The notes: generated from the sequence alone by a model not told the origin. Positions 9,933 through 19,044 are shown, counted from the stretch's first letter. The stretch is DNA of 60,815 nucleotides from Candidatus Methanomethylicus oleisabuli (GCA_001717025.1 MAGU01000079.1:1-60815), one strand, 5' to 3'. Numbers and translations are program-made.

Positions 9933-10817
9933 TCAGAACTTGAGCTCGGGATTCTTCTCCGAGACGGCCTTTGCGACCGCTTTGCCCTTTACGTCGGCCA
10001 TTGCCAGTATCTCGCCGATTATCTCGGGCAGCGGGACGGCGGCAGTGATGGCGACGCCCTTGGCCTCTACGAATGCCTTGGAGATTATGAGCGGCGCGGT
10101 CTCCATCGTCGGGTAGATGGCGTTGACCGACAGGTTCACTGCCGACGACGCCGCGGTTGCAACGTTTGCCTTGTAGTCATCGAGGTTTATGCTGAGTATC
10201 TCGTACGGGATGACACCGCCATCATAGCCCATCCTTAGCTTGAGACCGACCATGATTGGCTTGAGCCCTAGCTTGCTCAGCAGGTCCGCAACATCGGCTG
10301 AGATCGCCTGCCCCTTCTCGACTGCCACCGTGTCCTCGGCTATCCAGACGTTGCCATCGATTATCTTCGTCGGTATCCTGGCAGCGCCGAATTTGCTAAG
10401 GATCGGGCCCGGTTGCATGCCGGTGTTGCCGGCGTTGACTACGATGTCGTTTGGCGCCACGTCGCCCGGCGAGGCAGCCGATTCCACCTTGTTCTTCTCG
10501 AACATCAGGTACATGAAGAATGGGTTCTTCTTTGAGAAGACGAACGCATTAGGACCGGACAGGTACTTCGTGATCTCGTCGACGTCCTTGTACTTGCTTG
10601 CAAGGTTCTTTATTGCGAGTTTGACGAGCGTGTTCTTGGCTACGCGGATCTCCAAGTCGTCCTTGAACTTCTTCTTGAGCACTTGGAGCTGGCTTGCCTT
10701 GAGTCCCTTGAGGTCGGCTATCGCGAAGATGGAGTACTTCTGGAAGAGCTCTTGGAGCCGCTTGACGCTCTCGGCCTTTTCATTTGAGACTGATGTTTTT
10801 GACGCCATTGTGATCAT
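9933..10817 (-). CDS. rpl10: ribosomal protein uL10 (P0)
   Basis: 294 aa with typical archaeal P0 N-terminal domain. Lies in the L11-L1-P0-P1 gene order. Confidence 0.95.
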   Translation of the reverse strand: MITMASKTSVSNEKAESVKRLQELFQKYSIFAIADLKGLKASQLQVLKKKFKDDLEIRVAKNTLVKLAIKNLASKYKDVDEITKYLSGPNAFVFSKKNPFFMYLMFEKNKVESAASPGDVAPNDIVVNAGNTGMQPGPILSKFGAARIPTKIIDGNVWIAEDTVAVEKGQAISADVADLLSKLGLKPIMVGLKLRMGYDGGVIPYEILSINLDDYKANVATAASSAVNLSVNAIYPTMETAPLIISKAFVEAKGVAITAAVPLPEIIGEILAMADVKGKAVAKAVSEKNPELKF

Positions 10818-11458
10818 CTCGCTTTTGCAGGCTTGCCCATGGTTGTCTTAACAACTATGGATGAAAGGTACTGGTCGAGCTTTATCTTTCGATCGAGGGT
10901 GTTCAGCACAGCCATTATGTTCTCCGCAATCGCCTTCGAGTCCATATCCTCTGCGCCGATCCTGCACCTTATAGCAGGCTGGTCCCTTATCTTGACCCTT
11001 ATCGAGCTACGATATCGCTTTATTATTGGCTCAACATTGGCAGTAGGAGGGATTGGCTCAGGCATCTTGCCGCGTGGCCCCAACACTGAGCCGAGGGTCT
11101 TACCAACGGTCGCCATGAGGTCCGTCCGGGCGGCGAAGTAGTCGTATGCCTCTGCCAGCTTCTTGATGGCCTTCTTGTTACCGGCGTACTGGTCTAGCTC
11201 CTGCTTCGTTATAACGAAATCCGCGCCCGCATTCCTTGCCTTCACCACGAGGTCTCCGTCTGCGATGATGCAGACCTTTATGTCTCGACCAATTGGGTTA
11301 GACAGCGTGACCGTCTCGTTGATCCGATTCTCGGGGGCCTTCACATCCAGACCCTTGAAGTTGACGACGAGCTCCACGGCCTGCGAGAAGTTCCTCTTCT
11401 TGGAGTTCTTCTTGGCTTCGTCGACGAGCGCGGTGAGCTTTGGTATGTCGAATTGCAT
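10814..11458 (-). CDS. rpl1: ribosomal protein uL1
   Basis: 214 aa L1 family. 4-nt overlap with P0. Confidence 0.95.
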   Translation of the reverse strand: MQFDIPKLTALVDEAKKNSKKRNFSQAVELVVNFKGLDVKAPENRINETVTLSNPIGRDIKVCIIADGDLVVKARNAGADFVITKQELDQYAGNKKAIKKLAEAYDYFAARTDLMATVGKTLGSVLGPRGKMPEPIPPTANVEPIIKRYRSSIRVKIRDQPAIRCRIGAEDMDSKAIAENIMAVLNTLDRKIKLDQYLSSIVVKTTMGKPAKAR

Positions 11459-11459
11459 A

Positions 11460-11957
11460 TCAAGCAGCCTCCGCAGCCTTTATTTGCTCGTCATATATTC
11501 CCGCATCGATGTCCTTTTGGGCATCACGGGGGTCCTTACCGGCGACGGTAACGCCAATGCTCACGCAGGTGCCAAGGACCTCCTTGAGGCACGATTTGAG
11601 TGACCTTGCCACAGAAAGTGGATACCTCGTCTTTGCTATCTTTATAGCCTGTCCTATGCTGAGGTCTCCCACCTTCTCAGCCTTGGAGTTGCCTGAGCAC
11701 TTCTCAAGCTTTAGCTCCTTCACTATGAGGGCTGTGGTGGTAGGTACACCGACCTCGACCTCGAACTCCTTGGTTTCTGGGTCGGCGATTACCTTTACCG
11801 GAACTTTCATTCCTTCAAAGTCCTTGGTCTTGTCATTTATTGCATTGATGACCTGGAGTATGTTAAGGCCTGTCGGGCCAAGGGTCGGACCGATTGGCGG
11901 ACCCCCGGTCGCCTTTCCTCCATCGACCAAGAAGCTGAAGGTCTTCTTAGTTGCCAT
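11460..11957 (-). CDS. rpl11: ribosomal protein uL11
   Basis: GGKATGGPPIGPTLGPTGLNI is the L11 N-terminal signature. Confidence 0.96.
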   Translation of the reverse strand: MATKKTFSFLVDGGKATGGPPIGPTLGPTGLNILQVINAINDKTKDFEGMKVPVKVIADPETKEFEVEVGVPTTTALIVKELKLEKCSGNSKAEKVGDLSIGQAIKIAKTRYPLSVARSLKSCLKEVLGTCVSIGVTVAGKDPRDAQKDIDAGIYDEQIKAAEAA

Positions 11958-11959
11958 GT

Positions 11960-12520
11960 TTATTCATCCTCTAAATGTTCAAATGCCTTGAATATGTCGA
12001 TCTTCTCTTCAGTCTTGTTGGTTGGCTTCTCCTCCCGCACCTTTGGCGGCTCGCCTCGCGAGACTAGCTTCACCTGCTCGGCGTGGACTGTGATAGGCAG
12101 CGTGTATGGGGCCTCCAGTAGCTCGAGCGTTACCTCGCTCTTCGCCTTGTCGACCCGCGTGACCTTGGCCTGCATGCTCTTGAATGGCCCGCCGATGATC
12201 TCAACCTTGTCGTTGACTTCCACGATGTCCACAACCGGCTTCGGCTGGATGAACTTCAGGATGTCGTTGAACTCGACCTTCCCAGTCACCCACCCCTTGA
12301 TGTGCTTTACGTCCTCGATGGCAATGTTGATGATGTTTGGGCCGCTTGCCTCAAGGAATACGTACCCCCTCACGTCCTGGGGTGCGACGATAGCCTTGAT
12401 GGGGATCATCTTAGCGTTGCACCGCCTCTCGATCAGAAGTGCCACGTTTGACTCCTGCCCGGCAGTGGTTCTTATCGCAAAAATTCTAGCTGATGAAGTC
12501 TGCGCTGTGGGCTCTGGCAT
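11960..12520 (-). CDS. spt5: transcription elongation factor Spt5 (NusG)
   Basis: NGN domain (IFAIRTTAGQE) plus a KOW motif. About 35 aa of extra acidic/Lys-rich C-terminal tail. Confidence 0.92.
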   Translation of the reverse strand: MPEPTAQTSSARIFAIRTTAGQESNVALLIERRCNAKMIPIKAIVAPQDVRGYVFLEASGPNIINIAIEDVKHIKGWVTGKVEFNDILKFIQPKPVVDIVEVNDKVEIIGGPFKSMQAKVTRVDKAKSEVTLELLEAPYTLPITVHAEQVKLVSRGEPPKVREEKPTNKTEEKIDIFKAFEHLEDE

Positions 12521-12524
12521 GGAG

Positions 12525-12731
12525 TCATCCCCCTAAACCGAGGAGCAGCGATGAGAGCAACTGTATTATGAATCCGAAGATGCCCACCACCACCATCCCC
12601 ACGAAGCATATCTTCAGGGACAGCTTGACCTCGTCGAAGTCGGGCTTCCTGGACAGCTTGAGGACCTTGCCCATAGACCGTAAAGACTCAGATAGACCCA
12701 TCGCACTCACCATTGTGCATTGTGTGAGCAA
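12525..12731 (-). CDS. secE: protein translocase subunit SecE (Sec61 gamma)
   Basis: VLKLSRKPDFDEV followed by a single TM helix. Conserved position upstream of Spt5. Start may be the internal MGLSES. Confidence 0.88.
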   Translation of the reverse strand: MLTQCTMVSAMGLSESLRSMGKVLKLSRKPDFDEVKLSLKICFVGMVVVGIFGFIIQLLSSLLLGLGG

Positions 12732-12780
12732 AGGGCTAAAAAGATAGAGTTCAATTTAAATCTTTGTATTTTCTGTAAAG

Positions 12781-13599
12781 TCATACCCTGACCAGTTCGA
12801 CGCCTGATGAGGCGGATAGAGATCTGAGGGAATCCTTCGCGGCCGATGGTGTGCCCTTCCAGTCCACGATGATACACGAGCACCCGCCTTGGGTTCTTTC
12901 GAGACAACGCCTAAACATCTCAGGATCAGGGTTCGCCGTCATGGCGTACTTGGGGATGATGTGGCCGATGTCATACTGCCCAGATGCCATAAGGTTGGTG
13001 AACTTCTCCGGATAGTGACCGCCGCCTACGGCAAGGGCGACGTCGGCGGGGGCAGCCGAGGCATTGTCCCAGATGCTCGCTGCGACCGCCCGTGCCACGG
13101 CGCCCCCGAGTAATGGGTCCTCCCACGACGAACTGTCGCTGCCGATCTCGACGAAGGTCACGGGAAATCCGAGCTCGGTAGGGCCGTGGTGAGTCGCCTC
13201 GACCGAGACGTCTATCGAAAGCCCCATCAAACTCTTGGACTTCACGAGCTCCCTGATAAGAGCCGATTGCAGGCGGGCGTTCGAGATGCCGACTTTTCCA
13301 GGCGCCCCACCGAATTCGGCCTTGCCTGTGGGGTTGCCGGGCGTGTGTGCCGTGAGGCACGCCCTGCCGGATTCGCTCTTGTGCATCGAAAGGCAGAGGA
13401 GCCACTCGATTCCGCTTGGCTCCATCTCGAGGCGTATAAGCGGACCTGGAAGACCGATCAAGCAACAGTCGCCGTATGATGAGGCGCTTACCGACCTGAA
13501 CTCGCAGGGGGAGAATGGTAGCAGAGGGCGCAGATGCCCTGCGATATTGACCCCTGCCGGGTCCGATGTCGAATATGCGAGGAGTTTCAAGGCGCGCAC
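12781..13599 (-). CDS. dtdA: D-aminoacyl-tRNA deacylase, archaeal DtdA type
   Basis: LLAYSTSDPAGVNI, EATHHGPTEL and GGGHYPEKF are DtdA family signatures. Confidence 0.88.
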   Translation of the reverse strand: MRALKLLAYSTSDPAGVNIAGHLRPLLPFSPCEFRSVSASSYGDCCLIGLPGPLIRLEMEPSGIEWLLCLSMHKSESGRACLTAHTPGNPTGKAEFGGAPGKVGISNARLQSALIRELVKSKSLMGLSIDVSVEATHHGPTELGFPVTFVEIGSDSSSWEDPLLGGAVARAVAASIWDNASAAPADVALAVGGGHYPEKFTNLMASGQYDIGHIIPKYAMTANPDPEMFRRCLERTQGGCSCIIVDWKGTPSAAKDSLRSLSASSGVELVRV

Positions 13600-13608
13600 C
13601 CGATGTAT

Positions 13609-14541
13609 TCAGAAGAGCAGGGACATGATCCCTTTCTGAACATGGAGCCTGTTCTCTGCCTGTTCCCACACTACGGAGCTCTTGCCATCAATAACGTCGT
13701 CCGTAATCTCCTCGCCCCTGTGTGCAGGCAGGCAGTGCATCACCATGGCATCGCTTGGGGCGGCAGTCATCAGTTGGGCGCTCAGCCGGTAAGGTTGCAG
13801 CATCGCCCGGCGGGCGTCAGACTCCGATTCCTGACCCATCGATACCCAGACGTCAGTATATACGACGTCGGCGCCCTTAACCGCCTCGTCTGGCGACTCG
13901 GTAAGCTCCAGTCTTGCGCCGCCTGATGATAGCGCCTTGGCAGATCTAACGAACTCCTCTGGCGGCATGAAGACCCTTGGCGAGGCTATAGTCATGTTTC
14001 CCCCTAGCTGCAGCACGAGCTTGGTGAGGGACCTGCAGACGTTGGAGTTGCCGTCGCCGACGAATGTGAAATTGATGCCTTCAATCCTTCCCTTTTTCTC
14101 CATCACGGTAAGGCAGTCTGCCATCGCCTGGCAAGGGTGCAATGTGTCACTGAGGGCGTTTATTACTGGAGCCTTTGCCGCCTGCGCGATGGTCTCGAGG
14201 TCGCTGTGCTTGAAGACGCGCGCCACGATGCCGTCCACGAAGCGGTCAAACGTCCTGCCGGTGTCGGCGACGGTCTCGCCTCGACCGAGCTGAAGCTCGT
14301 TCCATCCGAGGTAAATTGGATGGCCCCCAAGCTGGTGGACTCCGACGTCGAAGGATATGCGCGTCCTCGTAGATGGCTTCTGGAACAGGAGGGCTATGCT
14401 CTTGCCCTTGAGGCACGCGGTGAATCGTTTCCTGTGCCTATCTTCTGACTTCATCTCGGCGGCCCTGCGCAGCATCGTTGTGAGGTCGTCCTTGGTGAAG
14501 TCTGCGGTGTCAAGGAAGTCTCTCCCAATAAGGCGCTTCAA
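13609..14541 (-). CDS. argF: ornithine carbamoyltransferase
   Basis: STRTR, SDTLHPCQ, DVWVSMGQE and HCLPAHRGEE motifs. Confidence 0.93.
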   Translation of the reverse strand: MKRLIGRDFLDTADFTKDDLTTMLRRAAEMKSEDRHRKRFTACLKGKSIALLFQKPSTRTRISFDVGVHQLGGHPIYLGWNELQLGRGETVADTGRTFDRFVDGIVARVFKHSDLETIAQAAKAPVINALSDTLHPCQAMADCLTVMEKKGRIEGINFTFVGDGNSNVCRSLTKLVLQLGGNMTIASPRVFMPPEEFVRSAKALSSGGARLELTESPDEAVKGADVVYTDVWVSMGQESESDARRAMLQPYRLSAQLMTAAPSDAMVMHCLPAHRGEEITDDVIDGKSSVVWEQAENRLHVQKGIMSLLF

Positions 14542-14564
14542 TGAGATCCCCTCTAATGGTAAAG

Positions 14565-14584
14565 ACCTCTTAATAAAAAGAGGT
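14565..14584 (-). terminator. 7-bp hairpin after ftsY
   Basis: Minus strand reads ACCTCTT-TTTATT-AAGAGGT, about 48 nt after the ftsY stop, in an AT-rich spacer that also holds a TATA-like AAGATTTTAAG. Confidence 0.3.
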
Positions 14585-14631
14585 ACTTAAAATCTTTTCG
14601 ATGGGCAAATCCAGATGATTCTAATAAGTAA

Positions 14632-15531
14632 TCAATTCTTTTCGGTCTTTGATAAGACGTTCTGAATCACCCATGAGGCATCGAACGGGACGAGGTCGGT
14701 GTACGACTGCCCAACGCCTAGGAAGAGTATCGGCTTCTTTATGGCGCTTGTGATGGATATGGCTGCCCCGCCCTTCGAGTCGGCGTCGACCTTCGTCAGG
14801 ATGACACCGTCGATGCCGAGGCTCTTGTTGAACTCCTCGGCTTGCAGCAAGGCATCGTTCCCAGCAAGCGAGTCACCGACGAAGATCGTCATGTCAGGCT
14901 GCACGACCCTCCTGATCTTCATCAATTCCCCCATTAGGTCCTTGTCGGTCTGCATCCGCCCCGCAGTATCTATGAGGACTGCACCGACCCGGTTGTTCTT
15001 AGCGTAGGTTACCGCGTCGAACGCGACGGCGGCCGGGTCGGCCCCGTACTTGTGCTTGATGACCTTGACGCCTAGCCTCTGCGCATGTGTCTCTATCTGC
15101 TCCTCAGATCCGGCACGATAGGTGTCCCCGCATGCGAAGACGACGGAGACGCCGTTGTCCAGCAGATACTTAGCCACCTTTGCTATCGTGGTGGTCTTGC
15201 CTGTGCCGTTCACGCCCACGAACATAATGGAGAATGGGGACTTCGACCGGACCTTCGAGAGGAGGTCTGCGCTGGACAGGTTCTCCCTTAGGAGCGACTC
15301 GAATGCCCCCCTAACCACGGGCGTGATGTCCTCGAGGCGCTTGACCTTTACGCCGACCATCCTCTCCTTGAGCGAGTTTGCCAGGGATTCGGCGGCGGGC
15401 AACGCCACATCACATTCGACAAGCGCAAGCTGGAGGCTCCAGAGCGAGGACTCCAGGTCCCCCTCCGAGATCGACCTGGTGGAAATCTCGGTTACGAAAT
15501 CGCCGAGGGCCTTCTTCAGCTTGTCAAACAA
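14632..15531 (-). CDS. ftsY: signal recognition particle receptor FtsY
   Basis: GVNGTGKTTT, DTAGR and TKVD GTPase motifs. NG domain. Confidence 0.95.
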   Translation of the reverse strand: MFDKLKKALGDFVTEISTRSISEGDLESSLWSLQLALVECDVALPAAESLANSLKERMVGVKVKRLEDITPVVRGAFESLLRENLSSADLLSKVRSKSPFSIMFVGVNGTGKTTTIAKVAKYLLDNGVSVVFACGDTYRAGSEEQIETHAQRLGVKVIKHKYGADPAAVAFDAVTYAKNNRVGAVLIDTAGRMQTDKDLMGELMKIRRVVQPDMTIFVGDSLAGNDALLQAEEFNKSLGIDGVILTKVDADSKGGAAISITSAIKKPILFLGVGQSYTDLVPFDASWVIQNVLSKTEKN

Positions 15532-15534
15532 CGG

Positions 15535-16008
15535 TCATGCCCGCCCGGCATTTTCGACCTGGCCATACAGCTGGTCAATCCTCGCCTGCAGCTGCTGCAG
15601 CTTAGCGGTGACCTGATTGTACTGGTTCTGTAGTGCCAATGCCTGCTCCTGCCCCTGCTTGAGCCTTGACTCTACATCGGCGAGTGCTGACTCGAGGCTC
15701 TTCTCGACGGATACGTCAGCGCCGATTCCCACAACAACGGATTTGACGTCCTTGATCTCGGCCCTGACGTAATTGCCGGCGCCGATGTGTACCAGAGTCT
15801 CGCCGTTTCCGCCCCTCTTGGAGATCTCCTCAAGGCAGTTTCTTGAGAGGACGAGCTCTGCTATCACATTTGTCGTGAACTCCATCTGCTGTCGCATGGC
15901 TTCGCCGTAGCTCTTTAGCTGTGTAAAATCCTGAAGCAGCGCGTTGAGCTCGTCATTCGGGGCGAGCGCCGGCGCCGGCTTCTTTGCAGGCGGCCTGTTC
16001 GTGCTCAT
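15535..16008 (-). CDS. pfdA: prefoldin alpha subunit
   Basis: Coiled coil, beta hairpins, coiled coil (LVHIGAGNYVRAEI). Conserved LX-PfdA-FtsY order. Confidence 0.88.
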   Translation of the reverse strand: MSTNRPPAKKPAPALAPNDELNALLQDFTQLKSYGEAMRQQMEFTTNVIAELVLSRNCLEEISKRGGNGETLVHIGAGNYVRAEIKDVKSVVVGIGADVSVEKSLESALADVESRLKQGQEQALALQNQYNQVTAKLQQLQARIDQLYGQVENAGRA

Positions 16009-16205
16009 TGCGCGTTCACCGGCGCTGGCTCTATCGAGTCCACCTTTATATCGAAGCGCTTGACGCAGTGGTTCCCGCCAAGGATGCTCATGGCAATGCT
16101 GGTTGCAGACTGCTCATCCTTTGCTTGGACGGTCTTTGTAAACGACTTCCATTCGAAACCCTGTTTGAATTTACCTTTAACGACATAGTTGTTGCTCATT
16201 TTCAA
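16005..16205 (-). CDS. rplX: ribosomal protein LX (eL20/L18Ae)
   Basis: 66 aa. YVVKGKFKQGFEWKSFTKTV, and conserved position after aIF6. Confidence 0.85.
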   Translation of the reverse strand: MKMSNNYVVKGKFKQGFEWKSFTKTVQAKDEQSATSIAMSILGGNHCVKRFDIKVDSIEPAPVNAQ

Positions 16206-16876
16206 TCACCTTGCAGCCCCAATGACGACTCTATCCGCGCCATCTCGGGACCCGTTGTTTGTTCTCCTACGACTACGCCCTTTGAGTTTGCGGTCATCCC
16301 GACGCGTATGTATGGAAAACCGCAATTAATCGTAGAGACGTCTACAGGCATATTAAAAATTTTGCCCAAGTGGGCGATCTCGCCCTCGCTCGCCAGCGGG
16401 TGGGCAACGACGCCTTTGTTGTTGACGACGGCGCAGACGCCGACCATATTTATTCCCGCTATCGTCCCTTCATGGACGACGACGCCAAGGTGGCGAGCTA
16501 CCAGCTCCTTCAGTGCAGCGTCTGTCCCCACACCAACCAATGCTGTACGCTCGTTCACGAGGACCATATTGCCCAAGGCATTCTTCTTGCCCTCATATAT
16601 GGCAACTGGAACCCGTAGCGAGTCCTCTATTATTTCGAGCTCCTCGTCGGTTACCGTGTAAGGCAGGATGACGCCTTTTGAGTTTCCAATCGTGAAGATG
16701 CCCAACAGAACGCTGCCGCCTATCGAGGCGCGGTAGACAGGTATGTCCAGAGTCGATGAAAACTCTCTAGTCACGCCTTCAGGCATGTCGAAGGGCACGA
16801 GACCGAAGCTGTCCGTGGCGAAGGTGAATGCCCCTACGTTTGGGTTGCCGTAGAGCGAAAGGCGTGTAATTGACAA
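16202..16876 (-). CDS. eif6: translation initiation factor 6 (aIF6)
   Basis: 224 aa with pentein repeats. LSLYGNPNVG and ATNSKGVVVG-like repeats. Confidence 0.94.
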   Translation of the reverse strand: MSITRLSLYGNPNVGAFTFATDSFGLVPFDMPEGVTREFSSTLDIPVYRASIGGSVLLGIFTIGNSKGVILPYTVTDEELEIIEDSLRVPVAIYEGKKNALGNMVLVNERTALVGVGTDAALKELVARHLGVVVHEGTIAGINMVGVCAVVNNKGVVAHPLASEGEIAHLGKIFNMPVDVSTINCGFPYIRVGMTANSKGVVVGEQTTGPEMARIESSLGLQGD

Positions 16877-16881
16877 GGGCG

Positions 16882-17397
16882 CTATGCCTCCGCCGGCAGC
16901 ACCCTCACCTTTCCGCTCTCTAGCTTCTGAACCTTTACTGCGACCCTTCTAGCCGTCTTCGTCTTACCCCTAGCCCAAAGGAACTCATTCAGGCTGTTGT
17001 CAAGCGATACATCCTCGGTCTTGAATGCCTTGCAGGTCACCCTCTTGACGAGGCGGACTGCCTTTGGCGTCGCTTTCCTTCCGTAGGTCAAGAACGCGTG
17101 CCTAAGGTTGATCGTCATGACCTTCTCTTCGAGAACCTTCTCTTCATCTTCCGCTTCTTTCTCTTTCTCTTTCTCTTTCTCTTTCGCTCTAGGCTTCGCC
17201 TTTGCTGGCTTGGGCTCTTCCGGCGCCTCGCTTTTAGCATCGGCTGCAGGGGTTAGCATTGGAGCCTCGACTATAGGCTTGACGTCGGCAACGATTGCCT
17301 TATCCTGAGCCTGAGCCTGATTCTGAGCCTGGGCCTCCACCTTCTTCTCGGCGCCCTCAGGCGCTTGTGCCGCTTGGGCGTTGCTATCATTGCTCAT
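16882..17397 (-). CDS. rpl31e: ribosomal protein eL31 with a 93-aa low-complexity N-terminal extension
   Basis: The canonical L31e domain starts at MTINLRHAF (ATG 17118). The long ORF start at 17397 has AGGTGAT 5 nt upstream. Confidence 0.9.
   Translation of the reverse strand: MSNDSNAQAAQAPEGAEKKVEAQAQNQAQAQDKAIVADVKPIVEAPMLTPAADAKSEAPEEPKPAKAKPRAKEKEKEKEKEAEDEEKVLEEKVMTINLRHAFLTYGRKATPKAVRLVKRVTCKAFKTEDVSLDNSLNEFLWARGKTKTARRVAVKVQKLESGKVRVLPAEA
17155..17184. repeat. hexanucleotide microsatellite (CTCTTT)x4-5 inside the eL31 extension
   Basis: Tandem CTCTTT units on the plus strand encode (EK)n on the minus strand. Confidence 0.9.
17304..17333. repeat. imperfect hexanucleotide repeat (CCTGAG)x5 inside the eL31 extension
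   Basis: Units read CCTGAG CCTGAG CCTGAT TCTGAG CCTGGG. They encode AQAQNQAQAQ. Confidence 0.85.
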
Positions 17398-17408
17398 TGC
17401 GAATCACC

Positions 17409-17564
17409 TTACATATTCAACTTGCGTGATCTCCAGTTCCTCATCTTCGGGTGCCTGCGGAACTTGCCTTTGGTCTTTCCGACTGCCCATAGAGGGACCG
17501 CACTGCTCTGCTTGTTGGCCTTAATCAGGCGTTTCTTCCTGCTGAGGTGCTTGTTGCGTGCCAT
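17409..17564 (-). CDS. rpl39e: ribosomal protein eL39
   Basis: Not in the ORF track (51 aa). Manual translation gives MARNKHLSRKKRLIKANKQSSAVPLWAVGKTKGKFRRHPKMRNWRSRKLNM. Conserved L39e-L31e order. Confidence 0.93.
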   Translation of the reverse strand: MARNKHLSRKKRLIKANKQSSAVPLWAVGKTKGKFRRHPKMRNWRSRKLNM

Positions 17565-17578
17565 ATGACTTCTCCTCA

Positions 17579-17923
17579 TCAAATCCTAGTTATCTTAATA
17601 TCTCTTTTTCTATTCTGCAATGCTACCAGTATCCGCTTTAGATCATCATCGCTCAGCGGTATAGGCAGCCTCTGCGCTTGCGCGAGCTGTATCAACTGCA
17701 GTTCGATCTGCTCGCAGAACTCCGGCCGGACCATCTTGAGGTTTTGGAGGCGGCTCCTCGCCTCGGGCGAGAGTATCGATCTCAGCAGGCTGTCCTTCTG
17801 AGCCTCTGCCTGCTGCTTCCTTGCCTGTGCTATCTGCTCATCCTCGCCCTCAGCAGCGCGACGCCTCATCTCCGCCATTCTGCGTTGCTTGAGCCTATCT
17901 AGCTCGTCTTGGGAAGAGGACAA
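17579..17923 (-). CDS. PDCD5/TFAR19-like dsDNA-binding protein
   Basis: ILSPEARSRLQNLKMVRPE...IELQLIQLAQ is typical of the PDCD5 family. Confidence 0.85.
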   Translation of the reverse strand: MSSSQDELDRLKQRRMAEMRRRAAEGEDEQIAQARKQQAEAQKDSLLRSILSPEARSRLQNLKMVRPEFCEQIELQLIQLAQAQRLPIPLSDDDLKRILVALQNRKRDIKITRI

Positions 17924-17957
17924 AGATAGTCATCCCTTGTTTAGATTGTTTGCCACT

Positions 17958-18443
17958 TCATCCCTGCTGTGGAGGGACCTTCTGAGGGAGGTATTTGCCG
18001 AGCTCGGGCATCTCCTTCTGCATGTCCTTGAGTAGCTTGTAAGCCACCCTGTCGACTGTGGATATGCCCTTGTCGGTGAGCCTCCGACCCTTCGTAGTCG
18101 CCTTCTCGACAAGACCCGCTGCCTCCAACTGCTGGAGGTTCTTCCTTATCATTGAGGCGCCCGATTTCATGAAATGCTCGTTCCGCATGCCCTTCTTGGT
18201 CCTTCCTCCGTACATCGTCCTGAGCCGCTCGATGCCGACGGGGGACTCGATGTAGAGCCGCCTCAATAGCGATGCGCTACGCATGTACCAGAAGTTTGGC
18301 GATGCCGGAACTCGAGTAACATGCGGGCCCGTCTTCGTGTACAGTGACCACTCAGGAGGAACTACCTCCTTAACATTCTCCTTCAGGTAGACCGCCAGGG
18401 CGTCGATTAGCTTATCTGCGGGAACGTTCTGAGCCAACGGCAA
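17958..18443 (-). CDS. rps19e: ribosomal protein eS19
   Basis: PPEWSLYTKTG...FWYMRSASLLRRLY...GIERLRTMYGG. Confidence 0.94.
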   Translation of the reverse strand: MPLAQNVPADKLIDALAVYLKENVKEVVPPEWSLYTKTGPHVTRVPASPNFWYMRSASLLRRLYIESPVGIERLRTMYGGRTKKGMRNEHFMKSGASMIRKNLQQLEAAGLVEKATTKGRRLTDKGISTVDRVAYKLLKDMQKEMPELGKYLPQKVPPQQG

Positions 18444-18571
18444 TTAGGTCTCTCTCCTTTCAAGCCTTCAGAGAATAAAATAAATCTCTATATAAAACCT
18501 TTTGCTTGATTCTGGAAGCAAAACGCGCATGTTCATGGTGATTCTGCCGGCCGGCGGGATATAGACGGTGG

Positions 18572-19003
18572 CTATTGCGGGCGGCAGGTATCGTGGTCGA
18601 GACCGGCGCTAGATGCAGATGATATGTGCGCGCGACGGGCTACGCCGCGCCTTGAGATGTTGCCACACCTCAGGCAGGTAACAGTCAGGTGGGTGGACCT
18701 GCGCCGGTTGATGCGGACCCTTGCGGTCCTTCCCGGGGCGAGGTATGCGCCGCAGGATCTGCAGAAGCAGCGCTTCATGTGAGCTGGGATGCGCGTCCTT
18801 GTACGCCGGGCTATCCGGACCGCCATCTCGACATAACGGTCGGCCAGGTCAGGGCGCTCGTGTGAGGCGGCTTCTGCCATACAGAAGAGGTGAACTATGC
18901 GCTGCTGCGCTATCTCCCGGATCTGGTTAGCATGCCTCACCATTGCAGGGTCGCCTTGCTTGAGACGGTGTGAGGCGGTGGTTATGTCCTTTTTGCTAGG
19001 CAT
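18572..19003 (-). CDS. rnp4: RNase P protein component 4 (Rpp21/Rpr2)
   Basis: IAQQRIVHLF...ADRYVEMAVRIARRTRTRIP...CRSCGAYL...CLRCG zinc ribbon. Confidence 0.88.
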   Translation of the reverse strand: MPSKKDITTASHRLKQGDPAMVRHANQIREIAQQRIVHLFCMAEAASHERPDLADRYVEMAVRIARRTRTRIPAHMKRCFCRSCGAYLAPGRTARVRINRRRSTHLTVTCLRCGNISRRGVARRAHISSASSAGLDHDTCRPQ

Positions 19004-19031
19004 CGGGATGGCGGCGCGAAGGGGGCAATAG

Positions 19032-19044
19032 TAAATAATATAGG
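19032..19044 (+). promoter_or_regulatory. TATA-like box for tRNA-Gly
   Basis: TAAATAATATAGG is centred about 30 nt upstream of the mature tRNA 5' end. Confidence 0.4.

Noticed and set aside
12971-13669. 232-aa alternative-frame ORF over dtdA
   Set aside because: It has Arg/Gly/Pro-rich composition. The DtdA frame has the family motifs.
15984-16661. 225-aa ORF antisense to the LX/aIF6 genes
   Set aside because: It is opposite two conserved genes and has no recognisable features.
17155-17184. Tandem short repeats considered as a possible CRISPR or minisatellite
   Set aside because: The unit is 6 nt, in frame, and inside the L31e extension (an EK repeat). No repeat-spacer architecture was seen anywhere in the window.
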